Positions 6,725 to 12,009 of a stretch of 12,009 nt of DNA are shown piece by piece. This DNA is from a virus (taxonomy: Duplodnaviria > Heunggongvirae > Uroviricota > Caudoviricetes). Position 1 is the first letter of the stretch. Each line of letters begins with the position of its first letter. The notes under the pieces were generated by a model. It saw nothing but the letters and a program-made list of their open reading frames with translations. It searched no databases and was not told the origin of the DNA. The stretch lies in IMG/VR virus record IMGVR_UViG_2537562173_000012. One strand, given 5' to 3'. Both the position numbers and the translations under genes were made by a program.

Positions 6725-7693
6725 ATGAGTGAAGTAACAGATTTAGTTGTTATTGAAAAAGCAAATGCAATGACTGTATTTCAGTCTGCCGACCAGATTG
6801 AAGAAATCCTTCAAAAGGTTGAACGTGAAGTTATGTCCTTTGTTCCTGATATCACAACGGCAAGGGGCAGAAAGGAGATCGCTTCTCTGGCGTATAAAGT
6901 TGCGCAGACGAAAACATATCTCGATGGTCTTGGCAAAGACCTTGTTGCTGAACTGAAGGAAATTCCAAAGCTAATTGATGCTAACCGCAAGACAGTGCGT
7001 GATCGCCTTGATGAGCTGAAAGCCAAGGCGCGCCAGCCTCTTACTGATTATGAGGAGGAGCAGGCACGGATTAAAGCCGAAGAAGAAGCTAAGGCAGCAG
7101 CCGAAGCTCTCGCAAAGCAAATTGAGTCTGACCATGAAATAGCGATTTTGATGGATCGCGAATTTGACCGCCAAAGAGAAGAGGCAAGACTCAAAGCGGA
7201 GCAGGAAAAGCGAGAGCATGAAGAACGCTTAAAAAGAGAAGCTGAAGAGAAAGCCAGAGCAGAAGCCGAAGCAAAGGCAAAAGCCGAAATTGAAGCAGCA
7301 GCAAGGCGAGAAGCAGAAGCTAAGGCCGCAGCGGAACGTGCAGAGCGTGAACGCATTGAAGCCGAGCAACGAGCACAGCGCGAAGCAAAAGAGGCAGCAG
7401 AACGAGCTGAAAGAGAAAAGCAGGCAGCAATTGAAGCAGAACGCCGAAAAGCACAGGAGGAGGCAGAACGAATCCGGCGCGAGGCTGAAGCAAAAGAGCA
7501 AGCCAGAATAGCAGAAGAAAAAAGAATCAAGGACGAAGAAGAGCGTAGAGCAAAGGATAAAGCTCACCGGAAAGAAGTAAATAACAAAATACTTGCTGAC
7601 CTTATCAAGGTTGGTGCATCAGAAGATGTTGCTAAAAATATCATAACAGCCATCGTAAAAGGCGAAGTATTCGCAACAAAAATAACCTACTAA
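6725..7693 (+). CDS. Hypothetical protein with a long E/K/A/R-rich coiled-coil central domain (TolA domain II-like composition)
   Basis: GGAGG SD 5 nt before the ATG at 6725; 322 aa. Residues about 110-290 are almost entirely Glu, Lys, Ala and Arg in EAEAKAKAE-type repeats, flanked by ordinary N- and C-terminal domains. Confidence 0.75.
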   Translation: MSEVTDLVVIEKANAMTVFQSADQIEEILQKVEREVMSFVPDITTARGRKEIASLAYKVAQTKTYLDGLGKDLVAELKEIPKLIDANRKTVRDRLDELKAKARQPLTDYEEEQARIKAEEEAKAAAEALAKQIESDHEIAILMDREFDRQREEARLKAEQEKREHEERLKREAEEKARAEAEAKAKAEIEAAARREAEAKAAAERAERERIEAEQRAQREAKEAAERAEREKQAAIEAERRKAQEEAERIRREAEAKEQARIAEEKRIKDEEERRAKDKAHRKEVNNKILADLIKVGASEDVAKNIITAIVKGEVFATKITY

Positions 7694-7717
7694 TAAAACC
7701 AACATAAGGAACCACCC

Positions 7718-7849
7718 ATGATTTACGCAATCGCGGGAGGCGCTCGCATGGGTGCCTTCCAACTAAATGAATCTTTACTTGAACGAATCACCCGTAAATT
7801 ACGTGACGGATGGAAAAGAGTTGAGGTCTTATTATGCGCAATGAAATAG
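7718..7849 (+). CDS. cIII: CIII-like protein (FtsH inhibitor that stabilises CII)
   Basis: 43-aa ORF with an AAGGA SD. Its core ESLLERITRKLRDGWKR matches the conserved amphipathic helix of lambda CIII as I recall it. Confidence 0.7.
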   Translation: MIYAIAGGARMGAFQLNESLLERITRKLRDGWKRVEVLLCAMK

Positions 7850-7986
7850 CCATCAATCACCAGATGCTTCGTGCAGCGCAAAACAAAGCAGTAATAGCCA
7901 GATTTATTGGTGATTCAAAAATGTGGCTTGAAGCAAATAAAGCGATGAAATCAGCTATCAACCTTCCGTGGTATCGCAGGAAATGA
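7834..7986 (+). CDS. kil: Kil-like small protein (host cell-division inhibitor family)
   Basis: 50-aa ORF with a GAGG SD, overlapping the cIII 3' end by 16 nt, in the position of kil. It contains ARFIGDSKMWLEA, which resembles the lambda Kil motif I recall. The call is tentative. Confidence 0.5.
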   Translation: MRNEIAINHQMLRAAQNKAVIARFIGDSKMWLEANKAMKSAINLPWYRRK

Positions 7987-8061
7987 GTTTTACAGATAAC
8001 TGGTCAGACGAAGAATTCATTCGTCAGATGAAAGAATTAATCGGTAACGAAGGAGATATTC

Positions 8062-8232
8062 ATGTCACTTGCAACCACAGTGAAGGAGAGCAAGTTACAG
8101 AGACGCATGTACACGCAGAAAGCTCTCTGGTATCGCCATAATGGTGACCGCGAAGGAATGCGGGTATGCCTTAATTTGTCCCGAGTCGAAGTATTAAATC
8201 AGCGTTATTTCCTTGGGCCGTGTCCATTCTGA
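8062..8232 (+). CDS. Hypothetical small basic protein upstream of erf (Arf position)
   Basis: 56-aa ORF with a strong AAGGAG SD 6 nt before the ATG at 8062; stop 10 nt before the erf start. A competing ORF at 7983-8141 in another frame overlaps it. Confidence 0.35.
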   Translation: MSLATTVKESKLQRRMYTQKALWYRHNGDREGMRVCLNLSRVEVLNQRYFLGPCPF

Positions 8233-8242
8233 GAACAATCAT

Positions 8243-8848
8243 ATGAGCAAAGAATTTTACGCAAGACTGGCAGCTATTCAGGAGAATCTGAACGCGCCAA
8301 AGAATCAGTACAACTCATTCGGCAAATATAAATACAGAAGCTGCGAAGATATTCTTGAAGGCGTTAAGCCGTTACTGAATGGTCTGTTTTTATCAATCAG
8401 CGATGAAGTTGTGTTGATTGGTGATCGGTATTACGTGAAAGCCACGGCAACTATTACCGATGGTGAAAACAGTCATACGGCAACCGCTCTTGCACGAGAG
8501 GAAGAAAGCAAGAAAGGAATGGATTCTGCACAAGTTACGGGAGCTACAAGCTCTTATGCACGCAAGTATTGCCTCAATGGTTTGTTCGGCATTGATGATG
8601 CGAAAGATGCAGATACCGACGAGCATAAACATCAGCAGAACGCAGCAGCAAAGCAATCAAAACCATCACCTACACCTGAACAGGTTCTAAAAGCATTCAC
8701 TGACGCAGCATTGCAGAAAAACACCGTAGAAGAGCTTAAACAGGCGTTCGCCAAAGCGTGGAAGATGCTCGAAGGCACACCGGAGCAGCACAAAGCGCAG
8801 GACGTTTACAACATCAGACGAGACGAATTAGAAGGAGCGGCTGCTTAA
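8243..8848 (+). CDS. erf: Erf-family single-strand annealing recombinase (P22 Erf-like)
   Basis: 201-aa ORF. N-terminus [45 protein letters not shown] matches my recollection of P22 Erf. The TTG-initiated extension in the ORF track was rejected. Confidence 0.85.
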   Translation: MSKEFYARLAAIQENLNAPKNQYNSFGKYKYRSCEDILEGVKPLLNGLFLSISDEVVLIGDRYYVKATATITDGENSHTATALAREEESKKGMDSAQVTGATSSYARKYCLNGLFGIDDAKDADTDEHKHQQNAAAKQSKPSPTPEQVLKAFTDAALQKNTVEELKQAFAKAWKMLEGTPEQHKAQDVYNIRRDELEGAAA

Positions 8849-9297
8849 TGGCACATTCGATTACTGTAAGACTAAACAAGCCCGCAAGAGAGTTTCAGTA
8901 CGGGGAAAATATCGGATTCAACATCCGTGCTGGCGTTCAGTATTACGATCGCCAGACAAAAAAGAAAGAATGGACAAACTACAGCGCCGTTGTATTTGCC
9001 AAGCCGGGAGCGCAAGCGGATTACTATCGTAGCGTTCTGGTTGAAGGAGGCATTGTAGAAATTACCGGAGAAAACATCAGGGTTGATGTTTATCAGGGGC
9101 AAAATGGTCAATCAATCACTCTTGAATTACTGAAGCTGGCGCTGCGTGAAGAGCTGAAAGATGAGCTGGAAATCGTAATGCGCGTCTATTTTGAAAAGCC
9201 GCGTACCACGGTGGGCTGGAAAGGGCTGATTAACGATCCGCATATGGATAACAGCTTCCAGATCAACGACGGTCTGCGTATCGGAGGTGCTGGATAA
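8848..9297 (+). CDS. Putative OB-fold ssDNA-binding (SSB-like) protein
   Basis: 149-aa ORF coupled to erf (TAATG overlap) with a GAAGGAG SD. The pattern [33 protein letters not shown]...QGQNGQ resembles the SSB OB-fold signature. It lies directly after the recombinase. Confidence 0.5.
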   Translation: MAHSITVRLNKPAREFQYGENIGFNIRAGVQYYDRQTKKKEWTNYSAVVFAKPGAQADYYRSVLVEGGIVEITGENIRVDVYQGQNGQSITLELLKLALREELKDELEIVMRVYFEKPRTTVGWKGLINDPHMDNSFQINDGLRIGGAG

Positions 9298-9322
9298 ATT
9301 CAGAAAAAACTACGATCGAATA

Positions 9323-9520
9323 ATGTCTCTACCGCAGGAAACGAAAGAGGAAAAGGAATTTCGCCACTGTATATGGCTTGCAGAGAAAGAAGAACGCGAG
9401 CGAATTTACCAGACATCAATCCGACCATTCCGCAAAGCCACATATACCCACTTCCCTGAATATATCGACCCGCGCCTGCGTAATTACCGCTCACGCTATG
9501 GCGCTATCAGTAATGACTGA
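9323..9520 (+). CDS. Hypothetical small protein
   Basis: Frame open from GTG 9287 (the track's start), but the SD there abuts the start codon. The first ATG is at 9323 and has no clear SD. Weak initiation signals either way. Confidence 0.35.
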   Translation: MSLPQETKEEKEFRHCIWLAEKEERERIYQTSIRPFRKATYTHFPEYIDPRLRNYRSRYGAISND

Positions 9521-9614
9521 GGAATTTACCATGAGAGGACTTGCTTAAGAGAAAGAGTTTCGGTTCTGTTAATGACAACAAATATCTGAATGCGATGTGG
9601 CGGAGTGGGAAGAA

Positions 9615-10076
9615 ATGAAACAAATGTCACTAATTGAGATGGATGGTTTTCTGAAAGGTAAATGCATCCCAAGTGATTTAAAGGTTAACGAAACAAACGC
9701 TGAATACCTTGTCCGTAAGTTCGGTGAACTTGAATCAAAACTGGAAACGGCGTTGCGGGAGTGTAGTTCTGCTGGAATCACGATTGATAACCTTGAGGCT
9801 AAATGCGCGAAGATGGCTGCTGAAAATACCTCACTTAAGCAATCTGAGAAGGAATTTAATGACTTTTGTCGTGAGGAGTTTAGCGAATGGGAAGATGATG
9901 TTACTGAAACCCCAGCCACCGACGCATTCCTGGCTGAAATTGAACGCAAAGCAATCCGAAAGTTCATTAACAGCATTGAACACATCCTGCGTGACAAGCT
10001 GTCTCCGTATGACACCGAAGAGATGCTTGAGGCTATGCGTATTTTTCTGGAAGAACAGGGAGGCGAGCAAAAATGA
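9615..10076 (+). CDS. Hypothetical acidic protein
   Basis: 153 aa from the ATG at 9615 with a GGAG SD; the track's GTG 9597 start is less likely. Coiled-coil-like and rich in Glu/Asp. Confidence 0.6.
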   Translation: MKQMSLIEMDGFLKGKCIPSDLKVNETNAEYLVRKFGELESKLETALRECSSAGITIDNLEAKCAKMAAENTSLKQSEKEFNDFCREEFSEWEDDVTETPATDAFLAEIERKAIRKFINSIEHILRDKLSPYDTEEMLEAMRIFLEEQGGEQK

Positions 10077-10390
10077 CGATCACAAAACAACGTGTAGAAG
10101 AAATCATATCCCGCATTGAAATGTATGGGCATGGTGCAGGGTATACCGCTGACGAGGTTTATGACCTAGCTGTACTGGCGCTGAATTTATCAAATATCGC
10201 AAACCTCAAGCGATACGAGCTTGATATGGATGGTTGTGACTCGTTCGGTCAGGATTGTGGCGCTGACATGACTGAAGATTCTGATGGCGATTATGTCCTG
10301 TTTGATGACGTGGTTAAGTTGTTTGAGTTTGATACAACCACTCAGAAGTTCGAAAGCCCAGCAAAGGAGGCAGCCAGTGAGCAAGATTGA
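10073..10390 (+). CDS. Hypothetical highly acidic small protein
   Basis: 105 aa; ATG overlaps the upstream stop (ATGA) with a GGGAGG SD. The C-terminal half is very Asp/Glu-rich (DMDGCDSFGQDCGADMTEDSDGDYVLFDD). Confidence 0.6.
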   Translation: MTITKQRVEEIISRIEMYGHGAGYTADEVYDLAVLALNLSNIANLKRYELDMDGCDSFGQDCGADMTEDSDGDYVLFDDVVKLFEFDTTTQKFESPAKEAASEQD

Positions 10391-10949
10391 CTATCAGGCA
10401 CTGCGTGAGGCGGCGGAACGTGCAATTCCAGCAATGGAACGCCTGTTAATGTTGCCAGTTGATGATGATTTGTTAAGTGAACAGGAACTTAAGGATTACG
10501 GTGTGGATATTGATGCGCTCAACGCCTTCAAATTTCTGACCGGACCAGAAACCGTGCTGGCGCTGCTGGATGAACGGGAAAGAAACCAGCAATACATCAA
10601 ACGCCGCGACCAGGAGAACGAGGAAATTGCGCTAACGGTAGGGAAGCTGCGCGTTGAGCTGGAAGCTGCAGAGAAGCGCATTGCAGAACTGGAAGCCGAA
10701 CCTGTAAGCCAAACTTACAAGTTGAACGAGCTGTCGGGCAACTATCCGGTAACTCCGGATGGTTGGATAAGCTGTAGTGAGCGAATGCCCGCTCAAGATG
10801 ATTGGATTTTAATTTATTCAAAGCACGGCGAGTATATGGCAGGACAGGTACAAGGGGAATACGTGGAGTTGAGCGACGGCACTTTATCGTGGTTAGGGAA
10901 CGCCTTGTACTGGATGCCTCTACCGGAACCGCCGCAGGAGGTTAATTGA
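10377..10949 (+). CDS. Hypothetical protein with a DUF551-like C-terminal domain
   Basis: GTG start at 10377 with an AAGGAGG SD 6 nt upstream; 190 aa. The track's ATG at 10284 lacks an SD and overlaps the previous gene. C-terminal W.PLPEPP-type ending (LYWMPLPEPPQEV) is typical of phage DUF551 proteins as I recall; a central coiled-coil is present. Confidence 0.55.
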   Translation: MSKIDYQALREAAERAIPAMERLLMLPVDDDLLSEQELKDYGVDIDALNAFKFLTGPETVLALLDERERNQQYIKRRDQENEEIALTVGKLRVELEAAEKRIAELEAEPVSQTYKLNELSGNYPVTPDGWISCSERMPAQDDWILIYSKHGEYMAGQVQGEYVELSDGTLSWLGNALYWMPLPEPPQEVN

Positions 10950-11143
10950 TGGTCTCCTTCGCGAAATATACGATTATTGACTGGATAGCATTCATTCAGG
11001 TTTTGCTCATCTGGTTTTATATGGCTTACAGGAGTGGACAGTGGATTGTCAGTGTAGCCTGTAGCAATGGATGGCGTTGGTGGAACCGAAAGAATAAAAA
11101 AAGCGCTGGCCTTGGCTTCGTTTTACGAAGCATTCAATCTTAA
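10949..11143 (+). CDS. Hypothetical small membrane protein
   Basis: AGGAGG SD 7-8 nt before the ATG at 10949, which overlaps the upstream stop (TGATG). 64 aa with one strongly hydrophobic segment IIDWIAFIQVLLIWFYMAY and a basic tail. Confidence 0.5.
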   Translation: MVSFAKYTIIDWIAFIQVLLIWFYMAYRSGQWIVSVACSNGWRWWNRKNKKSAGLGFVLRSIQS

Positions 11144-11226
11144 CAGTCTTCAGCCTGGTTCTGTCGTTGTAGTCACCACTCAAAGCGGCATGACGATACA
11201 AATTCACAAGCCAAAGGAGGAAGGTC

Positions 11227-11511
11227 GTGGCTAACCTGCAACTTGCCGTTAAAGGTGAATACTTCGATGCCATGATTCGCGGAGAGAAAACGGAAGAGTA
11301 TCGCCTGTGTAATGACTACTGGAATAAGCGAATTATGTTCCGCGAGTATGACCGCCTGATTATCACAAAGGGATATCCGAAGCGCGACGATTCCAGCCGC
11401 AGAATTGACGTCCCGTATGACGGATATGAAATCAAGACAATCACACATCCGCACTTCGGCGATAAACCGGTAAAGGTGTTCGCTATAAAGGTGAATATCG
11501 ACAATGAATGA
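11227..11511 (+). CDS. Hypothetical protein, possibly ASCH/PUA-like
   Basis: GTG start with an AGGAGG SD 6 nt upstream; 94 aa. The N-terminal pattern L.LAVKGEYFDAMIRGEKTEEYR resembles ASCH-domain openings. The functional call is weak. Confidence 0.5.
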   Translation: MANLQLAVKGEYFDAMIRGEKTEEYRLCNDYWNKRIMFREYDRLIITKGYPKRDDSSRRIDVPYDGYEIKTITHPHFGDKPVKVFAIKVNIDNE

Positions 11512-11583
11512 TAATCCTCGCACTCGCGGGGATTTCTTTTATCTGAACTCGCTACGGCGGGTTTTGTTTTATGGAGATGATAA

Positions 11584-11751
11584 ATGCACTTCCGAGTCAC
11601 AGGTGAATGGAATGGAGAGCCATTCAACAGAGTTATCGAAGCAGAGAACATCAACGACTGCTATGACCACTGGATGCTGTGGGCGCAGATAGCACATGCA
11701 GACGTAACTAATATTCGAATTGAAGAACTGAAAGAACACCAAGCCGCCTGA
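11584..11751 (+). CDS. Hypothetical small protein
   Basis: 55-aa ORF (MHFRVTGEWNGEPFNRVIEAENINDCYDHWMLWAQIAHADVTNIRIEELKEHQAA) with a GGAGA SD 6 nt upstream. Its stop lies inside the terminator stem. Preferred over the overlapping track ORF 11504-11692, which lacks an SD. Confidence 0.4.
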   Translation: MHFRVTGEWNGEPFNRVIEAENINDCYDHWMLWAQIAHADVTNIRIEELKEHQAA

Positions 11752-11764
11752 TGGCGGTTTTTTA
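11743..11764 (+). terminator. Intrinsic terminator upstream of the excisionase-like gene
   Basis: CCGCC (11744-11748) pairs with GGCGG (11753-11757) around a 4-nt loop, followed by TTTTTT. Confidence 0.6.
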
Positions 11765-11808
11765 TTGCCTGATTTGCAGGTTCGATTCCCTATTCGGAGA
11801 TAGCACTC

Positions 11809-12009
11809 ATGCAACACGAACTACAACCTGATTCACTGGTTGATTTGAAATTCATCATGGCCGATACTGGCTTCGGTAAAACCTTCATCTATGACCGGAT
11901 TAAGTCCGGCGACCTGCCAAAAGCCAAAGTTATCCACGGGCGAGCAAGATGGTTATATCGTGACCATTGTGAATTCAAAAATAAGCTCTTAAGCCGCGCC
12001 AATGGGTAA
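11809..12009 (+). CDS. xis: Excisionase-like small DNA-binding protein (not lambda-Xis type)
   Basis: 66-aa ORF with a GGAGA SD. It is the last gene of the PL-direction operon, and its stop is the last base of the window. Small basic protein with an HTH-like segment; it does not match lambda Xis as I recall it. The call rests mainly on position and size. Confidence 0.5.
   Translation: MQHELQPDSLVDLKFIMADTGFGKTFIYDRIKSGDLPKAKVIHGRARWLYRDHCEFKNKLLSRANG

Noticed and set aside
6811-7567. Multiple long ORFs on both strands (6811-7026, 6971-7219, 7048-7530, 7229-7567 minus; 7290-7511 plus) overlapping the E/K/A-rich gene
   Set aside because: They are artefacts of the GAA/GCA/AAG-rich repetitive DNA. 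Their translations are low-complexity Ser/Ala/Cys/Phe strings with no start signals. The plus-strand 6725-7693 frame has the SD and ordinary terminal domains.
8213-8242. Upstream extension of erf from a TTG start (as in the ORF track), and similar TTG/GTG extensions at 6671, 5910, 9597 and 10284
   Set aside because: The extensions lack ribosome-binding sites and overlap upstream genes. Internal ATG or GTG codons with proper SD spacing were preferred.
8393-8690. ORFs 8393-8656 (minus) and 8460-8690 (plus) inside erf
   Set aside because: Embedded in the well-supported erf coding frame, with no independent start signals.
9569-10132. 187-aa minus-strand ORF antisense to the acidic-protein genes
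   Set aside because: Ser/Cys-rich low-complexity translation with no SD, antisense to a well-supported coupled operon on the plus strand.
11504-11692. 62-aa ORF overlapping the 11584-11751 candidate
   Set aside because: No SD, and the translation is Thr/Ser/Arg-rich and low complexity. The alternative frame has an SD and ends at the terminator.

Overview
This window is the early/immunity region of a mosaic lambdoid (pro)phage, oriented opposite to the usual lambda map. Reading left to right: a partial ninB, a small Cys-rich ORF, a DnaB-family replicative helicase, an O-like initiator with ori iterons inside it, a small coupled ORF, cII-like and cro (all on the minus strand); then OR1-3 with PR/PRM; then on the plus strand a lambda-type cI, a two-gene cassette sitting where lambda carries rexA/rexB, a terminator, OL1-3/PL, a P22-type nutL boxB, an N-like antiterminator, several unknown small genes, a 322-aa E/K/A-rich coiled-coil protein, cIII-like, kil-like, an Erf recombinase, an SSB-like protein, a run of accessory ORFs, a terminator and an excisionase-like gene that ends at the window edge. 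The best candidate for an undescribed system is the cI-linked cassette at 4296-5091 (a soluble 145-aa protein plus a coiled-coil protein with a C-terminal transmembrane helix), which replaces rexAB and would be co-transcribed with the repressor in a lysogen. All homology calls are from reading the translations against memory, not from searches. No rRNA, tRNA or CRISPR array was seen.
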